64,000 nucleotides of DNA from Candidatus Caldarchaeum sp. GTDB lineage: Archaea; Thermoproteota; Nitrososphaeria_A; Caldarchaeales; Caldarchaeaceae. The first letter of the stretch is position 1, and each line of letters opens with the position of its first letter. Positions 19,567-29,503 of this stretch are shown here, in pieces. Made by a program: the position numbers and the translations under genes. Below the pieces are notes generated by a model, which was not told the origin of the DNA, did no database searches, and worked only from the letters and a program-made list of their open reading frames with translations. The stretch covers positions 288,001-352,000 of the forward strand of contig JAVZZH010000001.1 in NCBI GenBank assembly GCA_038885755.1. The letters run 5' to 3'.

Positions 19567-19574
19567 TTATATGC
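19567..19574 (+). promoter_or_regulatory. TATA box for leaderless rps19 (could also act on the minus strand)
   Basis: TTTATATG about 25-30 nt upstream of ATG 19600. Confidence 0.55.
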
Positions 19575-19599
19575 AGGCGGTCAGCCTTGACGGCCGGTA

Positions 19600-20013
19600 A
19601 TGGTTAGGGAGTTCACATACAAAGGCTACACAGTTGAACAGCTCATGTCCATGAGCATGGATGCTGTGATAAAGCTCCTGCCCAGCAGGGCTAGGAGAAG
19701 CCTCTACAAGAGAGGCCTCACTCCTGCGCAGTCCAAGCTGCTGGTCAAGGTGCGTAAGGCTAGGAAGCTTCTAGAGTCGGGGCAGAGGCTTGAGAAGCCG
19801 ATTAAGACACACTGCAGGGACATGATTATAATCCCCGAGATGATCGGGTTAACCATCCACGTTCACAACGGCAAGGAGTTTCAGCCCGTCGAGATCGTTC
19901 CCGAGATGCTTGGACACAGGCTCGGCGAATACGTAATCACTAACAAGAAGGTCGTCCACGGAAGAGCAGGAGTCGGCGCGACTAGGAGCAGCATGTACGT
20001 CCCGCTGAAATAG
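19600..20013 (+). CDS. rps19: 30S ribosomal protein uS19
   Basis: [44 protein letters not shown]. Confidence 0.98.
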   Translation: MVREFTYKGYTVEQLMSMSMDAVIKLLPSRARRSLYKRGLTPAQSKLLVKVRKARKLLESGQRLEKPIKTHCRDMIIIPEMIGLTIHVHNGKEFQPVEIVPEMLGHRLGEYVITNKKVVHGRAGVGATRSSMYVPLK

Positions 20014-20442
20014 CCTTACGCATCTACGTGTGTCAAGAGCTACGAGCTTCTGAAGCCAGCGACACTGTTCCTCCGTCAGAAGCTGTGAGTTTTGAGCGGA
20101 TAGACATCTAGCTTCTGCACGGCTAATAACAGCTGGGCTTGCAAAATACCGTCCCATGCCGTCGGCGGCGAAAGCATCCAATGAGATGGAACGAGTAATA
20201 AAAACCATCGACAGCGGTGCTCACAAAAGCTCTAAGAAGCTTGGCTCGGAGAAAGATAGGCTATCTCAACAAGGCTTCACACACCAAGTATAGCGCTCCT
20301 GCATGTGACCAGACATCAATTGAACGTTTTCAGAAATAAGCGGGCATACAAAACCAACAGGTTCAAGGCGTGTCGGGAAAGATGTATTTTAGAGAAAAAA
20401 GACTTAAATAAACTATGCACGTCGCGTCAGTTGATTTGATTC

Positions 20443-22758
20443 ATGAAAAGAGTTGAAGACATGCGGCTTCTCAAAGGCCTCGGTGTTTTTGTAGACGACC
20501 TAACGCTTCCTAAGATGCTTCACTGCGTATTTACCCGAAGCAGTTACGCTCACGCAAAGATTCTCAGAATAGATTATTCCGAAGCCCTCAAGACAGGGGG
20601 TGTAGTGGCGGTAATAGATGGAAGTTACGTAGCGTCGCGCTACAAACCGCTCAACACACTCATAAATGGAATTAATTACTATGGAATAGCCGTTGACAAA
20701 GTCCGCTACTTTGGAGAACCAGTGGCGATGGTGCTAGCCGATTCCGTCGAGACGGCATACGACGCCGCAGAAAAAATCTACGTAGATTATGACCCGCTTC
20801 CGGCGGTTGTTGAGCCTGAGAAGTCCGCGGCTTCGACGACCTTAGTCCATGAAAACGTTGGAACTAACCTTGTTCTTCACAGAAGCTTCAGATTCGGCGA
20901 TGTAGATAAAGCGTTTGAAGAAGCTCATACTGTTGTCTCGGAAAAATTCTATTTCGACCGGTACGCCGCCTCACCGGTAGAGACGTGCGGTGTTCTTGTC
21001 AACTATCTAAAGGATGGGTCTTTAACAGTTTACGACAACCAGCAGACACCGTATCTTTTTAGAAAAACCATAGCACGTTCCTTAGGCATCGACCCTGAGA
21101 AAGTTAGGTTTATCGAAAAAGACGCAGGCGGTGGTTTCGGCGTAAAGATCATGCTCTACCCATATGTTTTCTTACTCTGCCTCGCGTCCTTACACGTTCA
21201 AAGACCTGTAAAATGGTTCGAAACGAGGAGAGAGCATCTAACGTCTATGGCTCAAAACTCGAACAGAGTGACCTACGCCGAGATGGCCTTGGATAAAACC
21301 GGCCGAATCACCGGCTACAGGACGAAGTTTTACGAGGATTGTGGAGCGTTTGTCAGACTGCCCGACCCCGGAGGAGTCATAAGATCCTTGATGACCTATC
21401 AGGGATGTTATGATATCAGAAATATCGAGGTTGATTTGAATGTTGTAGTGACGAATAAATGTCCAACCGGGCCTGTCAGAGGCTATGGGTGCCCGCAGGC
21501 ATATTTTGTTCTGGAAAGGATGATGGATATCGCGGCGAAGCAGGTTGGGTTATCACCCTTTGAAATCCGTATCCGCAACATGGTGGATAAAAGCCAGCAA
21601 CCTTACCGAACGGTTTTCGGCAGCCTGTATGACGGCGGTGATTACAAAAACGTTCTGGAGAGAGCGTGGAAGCTTGCCGAGCCGGAGAAATTCGCTGGCG
21701 AACCTAACGTGGGTATCGGGATAGCGTGTGTTGTGGAGCCAGCTGTGACGAACCTGGCTCGAAATAAGCTTCTTTTCCCCGAGATTGAAGCATCGGGTTC
21801 AGGCGAGGGAGCGGTGGTCCGTCTCGAGGAATCGGGGAACATAACAGTCTACATAGCATCCATTCCCCAAGGTCAAGGGCACGAAACTGTCGCTACGCAG
21901 GTCGTCTGCGAAACTTTGAACGTTAAGCCCGAGCGGGTGAGAATTGTTTATGGTGATTCAGAAATGGTTTACCCCAGCCCGTATGGAGGGACATGGGCTA
22001 GCAGATTCAGCGTGATGACCACAGCTGCCGTGAAAAAAGCCTGTGAAACCCTGAAACGCAGCATACTCTCCGTCGCCTCCGAACTCCTCGAAGCATCTGA
22101 AAACGACCTGGAAATCCGCGACGGAGCAATCTACGTAAGAGGGTCTGAAGCCTCGATCTCGTTGGAACAGCTTGCCGCAAAAGCATACCGCGACAGTGTC
22201 AAAGCACGTAGCCGCGCCCCGCTGCAGGCTGAACATTTCTATGATTTCCCAACATTCAACACAGGCGTTGCAGGAGGTATCAACATGTCGGCCACCTACG
22301 GCAACTCAGCGCATGTTGCAATAGTAAGGGTAGACCCCGAAACCTTCAAACCAACAATACTACGGTATGTGGCGGTCCATGACTGCGGCAGGATCTTGAA
22401 CAAACAAATCGTCGACGGCCAGATATTCGGCGGAGTAGTGCAGGGGATTGGGGCAACGCTTTACGAAAGAATCGTTTACGATGAAAACGGACAGATTTTA
22501 ACATCGTCTTTCATCGACTACCTTTTGCCAACATCTGTTGAGACGCCGGAGGTCATAGTAGACCACTTAGAGACCCCGTCTTTGTTTTCTGAGCTTGGGT
22601 CGAAGGGTATGGGCGAGGGCCCCTTGATACCTGTATCTGCTTCGATAGCCAACGCAGTTGAAGATGCTTTGAAAACCCGAATAAACAACTCTCACATCTC
22701 GCCTCAACAGCTCTGGGAGACGATGAAAAATAATAAAAATAAGCTGCGAAAGAGTTGA
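20443..22758 (+). CDS. Xanthine dehydrogenase/CoxL-family molybdopterin hydroxylase, large subunit (not a true CODH)
   Basis: R.ED.RLL.G.G.FVDD, GGGFGVK, PVRGYG active-site loop, GQGHET, DCG.ILN..IVDGQI.GG..QG, KGMGE. Confidence 0.92.
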   Translation: MKRVEDMRLLKGLGVFVDDLTLPKMLHCVFTRSSYAHAKILRIDYSEALKTGGVVAVIDGSYVASRYKPLNTLINGINYYGIAVDKVRYFGEPVAMVLADSVETAYDAAEKIYVDYDPLPAVVEPEKSAASTTLVHENVGTNLVLHRSFRFGDVDKAFEEAHTVVSEKFYFDRYAASPVETCGVLVNYLKDGSLTVYDNQQTPYLFRKTIARSLGIDPEKVRFIEKDAGGGFGVKIMLYPYVFLLCLASLHVQRPVKWFETRREHLTSMAQNSNRVTYAEMALDKTGRITGYRTKFYEDCGAFVRLPDPGGVIRSLMTYQGCYDIRNIEVDLNVVVTNKCPTGPVRGYGCPQAYFVLERMMDIAAKQVGLSPFEIRIRNMVDKSQQPYRTVFGSLYDGGDYKNVLERAWKLAEPEKFAGEPNVGIGIACVVEPAVTNLARNKLLFPEIEASGSGEGAVVRLEESGNITVYIASIPQGQGHETVATQVVCETLNVKPERVRIVYGDSEMVYPSPYGGTWASRFSVMTTAAVKKACETLKRSILSVASELLEASENDLEIRDGAIYVRGSEASISLEQLAAKAYRDSVKARSRAPLQAEHFYDFPTFNTGVAGGINMSATYGNSAHVAIVRVDPETFKPTILRYVAVHDCGRILNKQIVDGQIFGGVVQGIGATLYERIVYDENGQILTSSFIDYLLPTSVETPEVIVDHLETPSLFSELGSKGMGEGPLIPVSASIANAVEDALKTRINNSHISPQQLWETMKNNKNKLRKS

Positions 22759-22764
22759 TGAGAA

Positions 22765-23949
22765 ATGAAAACCGTTCTGATCAAAAACATAGGTAAAATA
22801 GTTTCGGGAAAAATAGCTAAGCCAATAGTCGACGGCGACAGCATATACATCAGCAACGGCGTCGTAGAGGAAGTTGGATACAACATTTCACGCCAGGCTG
22901 ACGGGGTCTTCGACGTCAACGGCATGACAGTCATTCCAGGACTGTTTGATTCCCATGTTCACCCGGTTTTCGGAGATTTCACACCCAGGCAAAACACTCT
23001 CGGGTTCATAGAATCGTCTGTCAACGGAGGCGTGACAACATTCATCTCAGCCGGTGAAGTGCATTTGCCCGGCAGGCCTCGCGGCGATAAGGATGCGGCG
23101 AAGGCGTTGGCAATTTTAGCCCACAAAACATTCAAAAACCTTCGGCCTCTCGGCGCGAAGATTCACGCCGGAGCTTTGCTGCTTGAGAAAGGACTGGTTG
23201 AGGCTGATTTTGAAGAAGTGGTGAGGGCCGGTGTTTGGTTGGTTGGCGAGGTTGGTCTCGGAAGCGTCCAGGACCCAGATGAGGCGGCGGCTCTGGTGAG
23301 AATAGCCCAGAAACACGGCATGAAAGTGGTTATCCACACAGGAGGAGCATCGATTCCAGGCAGCACGATCATCAACGCGGAAGTAGTCCTGAAGGTAAAG
23401 CCGAACGTCGTGTCGCACATCAACGGAGGGCCCACATCACCATCGTTGACAGACATCCGAAGAATAATCGAGAACACAGAATCAGCCATCGAAGTCGTGC
23501 AGTGCGGCAACTTCAAATCCATGGTCGAAACAGTCAAGATACTCCATTCACGCAACGAGCTGAACAGGCTGATAATAGGAAACGACGCGCCATCGGGAAC
23601 CGGCGTAGTCCCGCTCGGAATAATCCGGACTGTATCTTTCATCGCATCCAACACGTCAGTTGAGGCGGAGAAAGTTGTCTGCGCAGCCACCGGCAACACT
23701 GCCAAAGTCTTCGGCTTAAAGGAAGGCGTTATCGAACCAGGAAAACCCGCAGACCTCATAGTCGTGGACACGCCCTACGGCTCGACCGGCAGAGACGCTC
23801 TCGAAGCATTTTCCGTCGGCGACATTCCCGGCATAGCTATGGTGATGGTCGACGGCGTTCCACGTGTAGGCCGCAGTAGGATGACTCCCCCTCCAACGAA
23901 ACATATAAAAACTGAAGGAGAAGCGAAACTCCCCGAAGGCGGTCATTAA
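22765..23949 (+). CDS. Enamidase-like amidohydrolase
   Basis: IKNIGKIVSG, DSHVH, PRQ.T..FI, H.PGRP, HTGG.SIPGS, SHINGGPT, GNDAPSGTG..PLG, GDIPGI, SR.TPP; closely follows my recollection of Eubacterium barkeri Ena over its full length. Confidence 0.88.
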   Translation: MKTVLIKNIGKIVSGKIAKPIVDGDSIYISNGVVEEVGYNISRQADGVFDVNGMTVIPGLFDSHVHPVFGDFTPRQNTLGFIESSVNGGVTTFISAGEVHLPGRPRGDKDAAKALAILAHKTFKNLRPLGAKIHAGALLLEKGLVEADFEEVVRAGVWLVGEVGLGSVQDPDEAAALVRIAQKHGMKVVIHTGGASIPGSTIINAEVVLKVKPNVVSHINGGPTSPSLTDIRRIIENTESAIEVVQCGNFKSMVETVKILHSRNELNRLIIGNDAPSGTGVVPLGIIRTVSFIASNTSVEAEKVVCAATGNTAKVFGLKEGVIEPGKPADLIVVDTPYGSTGRDALEAFSVGDIPGIAMVMVDGVPRVGRSRMTPPPTKHIKTEGEAKLPEGGH

Positions 23950-23950
23950 A

Positions 23951-24931
23951 ATGAAGCTAGGCCTCCGGTTGCCAACATTCACACGCACGGGTGATTTTTC
24001 ATCAGGCGAAGCCTTGAAAAACTATGTTGCTGAGGCTGAGCAACTCGGCGTCCAGGGATTCTTCGTCATCGACCATTTGCTTACATCGCGGCCGGCTTAT
24101 TCAACTAGCTGGCACGACCCGTTGATTGCCCTGTCCTTCGTCGCGGCGGCGACAAAGAACGCCGTTGTAGGTCCCATGGTGATGGTGCTGCCTCTCAGAA
24201 GTCCCTATCTTGTCGCAAAACAGACAGCTTCTTTGGATGTTTACTCTGGAGGAAGATTTGTGCTTGGAGCGGGCGTGGGATGGAACGTCGACGAATTCAA
24301 ACTGCTTAACGTTCCGCTGGAAAAAAGAGGAGTTATAATGGACGAATACCTTGCCCTTCTCAAAAAGCTCTGGACCGATGACAAAGTCACGTTCGAGGGA
24401 AAACATTTCAACGTGAAAGACCTAGTCCTCGAGCCCAAGCCTGTTCAGAAACCACATCCCCCTATATGGATAGGTGGCGGCAGCCAGCCGCATGAAATTC
24501 TCTACGGTGCTGCCGCGAAGGGAATCGATAAAGTTCTTCTACGCATAGCCAAGTTTGCGGATGGATGGATACCGCATTCAAGCTCAACGCCCGAGATGTC
24601 GGCTCAGGACTGGGAGAAAGTGAAGAAATATGCAGAGGAGCTCGGACGCGACCCCTACCGAATAACAAAAGTCTATTCAAACTTTGTCTACATCCGTAGC
24701 CCGGGAGAGGATGACAACGAAGCCGTGAAACGTTTTTCACTCTACTCAGGTATGAACCTCGAATACTGGAGAAACTACTACCTCTACGGCACTGCTGACG
24801 AGCTTGCGGTGAAGATCAAGAAACGCATCGAATCGCTTGAGGGCGTTGACTGGGTCGTGCTAAACCCCGTGACGTTTGAAAGAACGCAGCTTCTCAGAAT
24901 CACGCAAGACCTCTATCCTCGCGTCAGCTAA
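23951..24931 (+). CDS. LLM-class (luciferase-like) flavin/F420-dependent oxidoreductase
   Basis: DH motif, LD..SGGR..LG.G.GW...EF, PKPVQKPHPPIWIGG, ADGW. Confidence 0.92.
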   Translation: MKLGLRLPTFTRTGDFSSGEALKNYVAEAEQLGVQGFFVIDHLLTSRPAYSTSWHDPLIALSFVAAATKNAVVGPMVMVLPLRSPYLVAKQTASLDVYSGGRFVLGAGVGWNVDEFKLLNVPLEKRGVIMDEYLALLKKLWTDDKVTFEGKHFNVKDLVLEPKPVQKPHPPIWIGGGSQPHEILYGAAAKGIDKVLLRIAKFADGWIPHSSSTPEMSAQDWEKVKKYAEELGRDPYRITKVYSNFVYIRSPGEDDNEAVKRFSLYSGMNLEYWRNYYLYGTADELAVKIKKRIESLEGVDWVVLNPVTFERTQLLRITQDLYPRVS

Positions 24932-24969
24932 ACAAAACTATAAAAGCCTCTATATTTGCTGGAAAAACC

Positions 24970-26184
24970 ATGAAAAGGTCAGTCGTCATTGCTATCGTTG
25001 CCGTGGTCGTGGTCGTTGCAGCTTCGTCTGGTGTGTTCCTGTTTCTCTCACAGCAGAGCCTTGGAGTATCTGAGGTGAAGATCGGAGCTCTCGTTCCTTT
25101 GACAGGTCCTTTCGCCATCTACGGCGACTACACAATTTACGGGATGAGGTTTGCTGTCGATGAACTGAACGCCAAGGGAGGTGTTCTTGGGGCGAAGGTC
25201 GTTCTCATCGAGGCTGACGAAAAAAACGACGCGAAGGAAGCTGTTGCGATATTCAAAAGGATGGCGGAGATTGACCGCGTAACCGCCGTTGTGGGTACAA
25301 TTTCGAGCGGGATCGGCGCAGTCTTGACGGCTGAGGCGGAGCAGGCGAAGGTTCCGCTTTTCCTCATAGCAGCCGGATCACACACAATCCTGACCAAGGA
25401 TTCCCGCTACACGTTCAGAACCTGTCTACCGCCTGCTCCAACTAACGGCGAGCTCCTAGCCAACTTTGTCCGCGACAAAGGCTACAAGAGAGTCGGCGTA
25501 GTCATAGCTAGTTATGAATGGGGTTTTGCCATCAAGGAAGTTTTGGAGAAACGGCTGAAGGATATTCCGGGAGTACAGTTTCAGATTGAGGAAGCTCCTC
25601 TAGGTGAGACTGACTTTACAACCGTTCTTCGGAAGCTTCAGCCCCTCAATCCAGAGGTCATGATACTGACCGGGCATCCGCCGGGATTCCCCGTTATCAC
25701 CAAGCAAGCCATTGAACTTGGTTTCCAATCAGAGTACTACATTGCTTCAGTTCAGCCGCCTGAACTCATGCTCAGAGGTGTTGGAGAAATAGGCCTCAAC
25801 AAGCTTGTCACAACCACGTGCGTGAACTTAGAAGCACCCCAGTACCGTGAGCTGGCGGAGAAATTCTACCAGAAATACGGCAAATACTTTGACCATAACG
25901 CGGTATCCGGATACGTCACCGTGTTGTTGATCGCCGACGCTGTGGAGAAGACAAGGTCAACAGACCCCGCAGTTGTTGCCAACTACATCCGTACACACGA
26001 GTTCAACCATCCCGTATTCGCATGGCCGTTGTCCTACACCGAGTGGGGCGAGATAAAGAAGCCGTCGATGCGTCTCGCTGTGATTAAGAGCGGAAACCCA
26101 GGCCCGGTCAACCCGGGAGCGAACTGGCTGGTTGAAAACCTGTATACATCGCCGCCGGTCGAGCCTTACGTTCCAGCCAAATAA
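24970..26184 (+). CDS. ABC transporter substrate-binding protein (LivK/HAAT type)
   Basis: N-terminal TM anchor, KIGALVPLTGP, NAKGGVLG. Confidence 0.92.
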   Translation: MKRSVVIAIVAVVVVVAASSGVFLFLSQQSLGVSEVKIGALVPLTGPFAIYGDYTIYGMRFAVDELNAKGGVLGAKVVLIEADEKNDAKEAVAIFKRMAEIDRVTAVVGTISSGIGAVLTAEAEQAKVPLFLIAAGSHTILTKDSRYTFRTCLPPAPTNGELLANFVRDKGYKRVGVVIASYEWGFAIKEVLEKRLKDIPGVQFQIEEAPLGETDFTTVLRKLQPLNPEVMILTGHPPGFPVITKQAIELGFQSEYYIASVQPPELMLRGVGEIGLNKLVTTTCVNLEAPQYRELAEKFYQKYGKYFDHNAVSGYVTVLLIADAVEKTRSTDPAVVANYIRTHEFNHPVFAWPLSYTEWGEIKKPSMRLAVIKSGNPGPVNPGANWLVENLYTSPPVEPYVPAK

Positions 26185-26243
26185 CATATTTTTATATTTC
26201 TTTTCCTGACGAGAAGACGGTTGATAACGGTTTGGGATCTATA

Positions 26244-26981
26244 ATGCTAAACTGTATTGACGTGACTATGTTTTTCGGCGGTCTACCGGCCCTGAGGAAC
26301 GTCAACCTCCAAGTTGAGGAGGGTGAGATCAGGGCTGTCATCGGCCCTAACGGAGCTGGTAAAACAACGCTGTTTAACGTGATAAACGGAGTCTACAAGC
26401 CTTCTTCAGGCAAGATTCTGCTCGATGGTGTTGACATAACTAGAAAACCTCCATACGTGGTTTTTAAGCTCGGTGTTGGAAGAACTCTCCAGATTCCAAG
26501 GCCTTTCAAGGATTTGACGGTTTGGGAGAACGTTCTGGCAGGCGGGCTGTTCAGCGGCCGTATGTCGATGGATGAGCTGGAAAACCATGTTTCAACGCTC
26601 TTAGACAGACTCGGTTTATCCAGTAAAGCAAACCTCAAAGCAGCTGTTCTGAACCTTCAGGAAAGGAAGAAAGTAGAGCTGGCGAGAGCCTTGGCGTCGA
26701 AGCCAAAGGTTTTGATGGTGGATGAATACATGAGCGGCCTCAACACCGCCGAAATAGAGGATGCCGTAGAGCTCTTCAGAGAACTGAGGAAAACCTACAA
26801 CCTTACGATCATCTGGGTCGAACACGTGATCAGCGCGGTGTCATCCCTCGCCGACAAGGTTTCAGTCCTAAACCAAGGGGTAAAGATAGCTGAGGGAAAG
26901 CCTGAAGAAATAGTCGCCGACGAAGAGGTAATTGAAGCTTACTTGGGTGAGAGAATTGTCCAGCCTTCTAAAAGTGGATAA
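26244..26981 (+). CDS. ABC ATPase (LivG-like)
   Basis: FGGL.AL, GPNGAGKTT, ELARALA, EH, EAYLG. Confidence 0.93.
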   Translation: MLNCIDVTMFFGGLPALRNVNLQVEEGEIRAVIGPNGAGKTTLFNVINGVYKPSSGKILLDGVDITRKPPYVVFKLGVGRTLQIPRPFKDLTVWENVLAGGLFSGRMSMDELENHVSTLLDRLGLSSKANLKAAVLNLQERKKVELARALASKPKVLMVDEYMSGLNTAEIEDAVELFRELRKTYNLTIIWVEHVISAVSSLADKVSVLNQGVKIAEGKPEEIVADEEVIEAYLGERIVQPSKSG

Positions 26982-27675
26982 CCTCGCAGCAGCATACGGC
27001 GACATTCAAATTCTCTGGGATGTTTCGATAAACGTAAACAAGGGAGAAGTGGTCGTCGTTTTGGGCCCCAACGGTGCCGGCAAAACAACCCTTCTCAAAA
27101 CTATTGCAGGCTTGTTGAAACCCAAAAAAGGTTCAGTGACCCTTGATGGTAAACGAATAGACGGCCTGCCGCCTGAAAAGGTTGTCGGAGAAGGCGTGGC
27201 ATTGGCACTCGCTGAGAAAGAACTCTTTCCCCAGATGACTGTAAAGGAAAACCTGCTTCTCGGAGCCTTCCACGCTAGGGCGAGGAAAAAAGTTCATGAA
27301 AACCTCGAGCTTGTCTACAGCATCTTTCCAAAACTCAAAGAAAGAGAGTTTCAAAAAGCGGGGACCATGAGCGGTGGCGAACAGCAGATGCTGGCCATCG
27401 GCAGAGCTTTGATGACGGATGCTAAGCTTTTGCTTCTGGACGAGCCTTCCACAGGACTTGCTCCACTACTCGTCAAAAACATTTTCACAGGACTGAGGAG
27501 AATAATGGAGAACAAGAAAGAGCTGTCGATACTTCTAGTCGAACAACGAACGGTGCAGGCGGCGGAGCTGTGCGACAGGGGATACATACTCACGAACGGC
27601 CGCATAGTGTTCGACGGCGACATACGAGAAGGGCTGTCGAAACAGGCTTTCGTCAGAAAGTATCTGGGGATGTAG
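26956..27675 (+). CDS. ABC ATPase (LivF-like)
   Basis: GPNGAGKTT, MSGGEQQMLAIGRALM, DEPSTGLAP. Confidence 0.94.
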   Translation: MSSLLKVDNLAAAYGDIQILWDVSINVNKGEVVVVLGPNGAGKTTLLKTIAGLLKPKKGSVTLDGKRIDGLPPEKVVGEGVALALAEKELFPQMTVKENLLLGAFHARARKKVHENLELVYSIFPKLKEREFQKAGTMSGGEQQMLAIGRALMTDAKLLLLDEPSTGLAPLLVKNIFTGLRRIMENKKELSILLVEQRTVQAAELCDRGYILTNGRIVFDGDIREGLSKQAFVRKYLGM

Positions 27676-27677
27676 AT

Positions 27678-28550
27678 ATGGACTCTAGTTTCCTTTTATT
27701 CGTTATAGATGGAGTGGTTTTTGGCTTGATTCTTTCGCTGATAGCCGCAGGCTTGACTTTGATATACGGCCTAGCCGGCGTGCTTAACCTTGCACACGGC
27801 GAGCTGCTGGTTGTATGCACAGTAACCTCGGCTGTCTTGATGCAGACATTTGGTTTTCCGCTATCGCTGGCTTTAGTAGCTGGCCTAGCCGTCACAGCAG
27901 GTGCAGCCGCCTTCCTCGACAAGATCGTTCTACAGCCCGTTTACAGGCTTGAAGGTGAGGAAAGAGTTCTTCTAGGCCTCTACTTGACGCTCGCTTTCTC
28001 AATCTTCCTCCACAGCTCTATCATAACAACTTTCCCCCTCGCGTTCCTCACGATCAACCTGCCGATAGCAACAATCAACTTCATGGAGTTGAAGCTTCGG
28101 CTGGCTCAGTTGGTGACCGGCGTGTCTTCAGCGGCCATCCTAGTGGGAGTTTACTTTTTCCTCAGGAGAACTTGGAGCGGTATGGCGATACGTTCCCTCA
28201 CTCAAAATGAAACAGGTGCGTTGATGGTCGGAGTAAGCGTCAAGAAATATCGTTTGCTGGTTTTCATGCTGGGAGCTTTTCTCGTCGGCCTTGCTGGGAT
28301 AATACGTAGCATCATAGCAACGGTTGCGCCGGAAAGCGGAATAGAGTTCACAATCCTAGGACTGCTTGTCTGCGTGGTGGGCGGGATTCGCAGCGTCTAC
28401 GGAGTGATTATCGCCGGCCTAGTCATAGGAATAGCCTATACTTTCCTCGTCTTCTTCATAGGTACTTACCTTGCCTACGTAGCTCTTTTGATCCTCATCA
28501 TAGCCATCATAATTGTTCGTCCCTACGGTATCGTGGGTGAGAAATGGTGA
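27678..28550 (+). CDS. ABC permease (LivH-like)
   Basis: GLTLIYG...VLNLAHGE, VVGG, RPYG. Confidence 0.92.
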   Translation: MDSSFLLFVIDGVVFGLILSLIAAGLTLIYGLAGVLNLAHGELLVVCTVTSAVLMQTFGFPLSLALVAGLAVTAGAAAFLDKIVLQPVYRLEGEERVLLGLYLTLAFSIFLHSSIITTFPLAFLTINLPIATINFMELKLRLAQLVTGVSSAAILVGVYFFLRRTWSGMAIRSLTQNETGALMVGVSVKKYRLLVFMLGAFLVGLAGIIRSIIATVAPESGIEFTILGLLVCVVGGIRSVYGVIIAGLVIGIAYTFLVFFIGTYLAYVALLILIIAIIIVRPYGIVGEKW

Positions 28551-29503
28551 GAGAGAGGGTAAAACTTAACGCTGTCATAGCACTGATACTTATTTACACA
28601 GCGTTGCCGCTACTGTTCATCAACACGCCCTACATCGTCTTCATATTAGTTCAGATGGTTTTCTTCACGGTTTTCGCCTACGGGTTTAACTTTCTGTTCG
28701 GGTTTACACGGCAGCTCTTCCTATGTATAGGGGCCTTCATCGGGGTTGGTGCATACATTACGGGGATATCTCTCCGAGACGGTTTGATGGGGCCTGTTGA
28801 GGCCATTCTAGTTTCCACACTGGTGGTCGCCTTCGTCGGATGGGCTGTCAGCATAATATCTATCCGTCGCAGGCTTGTCGTTATCTTCACAGGAATCTTC
28901 ACCCTAGCTATCACGCTTGTCTTCAACAACCTTGTAATAGGCCTCGCTAGCCTAACAGGCGGCGAGACGGGTTTCAGAATACGTGGAATAAGCCTAGGGC
29001 CTCTTGACTTGCTACCATACAACCTACGTTTCTACTATCTTGCCGCGGCCACGCTGCTGGCGGTGACTGTAGCATCCTACTACCTGCTTTTCCACACAAA
29101 AACAGGATACGCGTACCGCTGTATCATAGATGATGAAAACAGCGCCGAACTTGTCGGAATAAACGTCTCGAGGGTTAAAAGTCTAACAGCCCTGTTTTCA
29201 TCAGCGCTTCTGGGGCTGGCGGGAGCTCTTTACGGGCTGTTCTCGCAGCTCATCGCGCCCTCGTATTTCGCTTTTTCATCGGTCGACATTCCTGTCCAGC
29301 TTATCGTCATCCTAGGCGGAAGAACCACCCTGCTAGGTCCGTACATAGGCTCGGCCATCATCTCTATCGTAAACGAGGCCTTGAAATTTCTCGGGCCTTT
29401 GACGCAGGTCCTCTACGGTTTGACGCTGATGTTCCTTCTCGCGTTCTTCCGGAACGGGATAGTCGACTTCGTAAAGAGAAGATGGGTTAAATGGTTCTTT
29501 TAA
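28544..29503 (+). CDS. ABC permease (LivM-like)
   Basis: Multi-TM; LTGGETG, DENSAE.VGIN, ILGG..T..GP..G. Confidence 0.9.
   Translation: MVRERVKLNAVIALILIYTALPLLFINTPYIVFILVQMVFFTVFAYGFNFLFGFTRQLFLCIGAFIGVGAYITGISLRDGLMGPVEAILVSTLVVAFVGWAVSIISIRRRLVVIFTGIFTLAITLVFNNLVIGLASLTGGETGFRIRGISLGPLDLLPYNLRFYYLAAATLLAVTVASYYLLFHTKTGYAYRCIIDDENSAELVGINVSRVKSLTALFSSALLGLAGALYGLFSQLIAPSYFAFSSVDIPVQLIVILGGRTTLLGPYIGSAIISIVNEALKFLGPLTQVLYGLTLMFLLAFFRNGIVDFVKRRWVKWFF

Noticed and set aside
20014-20442. attL repeat or integrase for the tRNA-Leu island; also ORF 19849-20208
   Set aside because: No copy of the tRNA 3' end and no recombinase motifs found by eye; the ORF overlaps rps19 antisense and has no recognisable motif
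20443-22758. Aerobic CO dehydrogenase (coxL)
   Set aside because: The active-site loop is PVRGYG, not AYxCSFR, and there are no coxM/S or accessory genes
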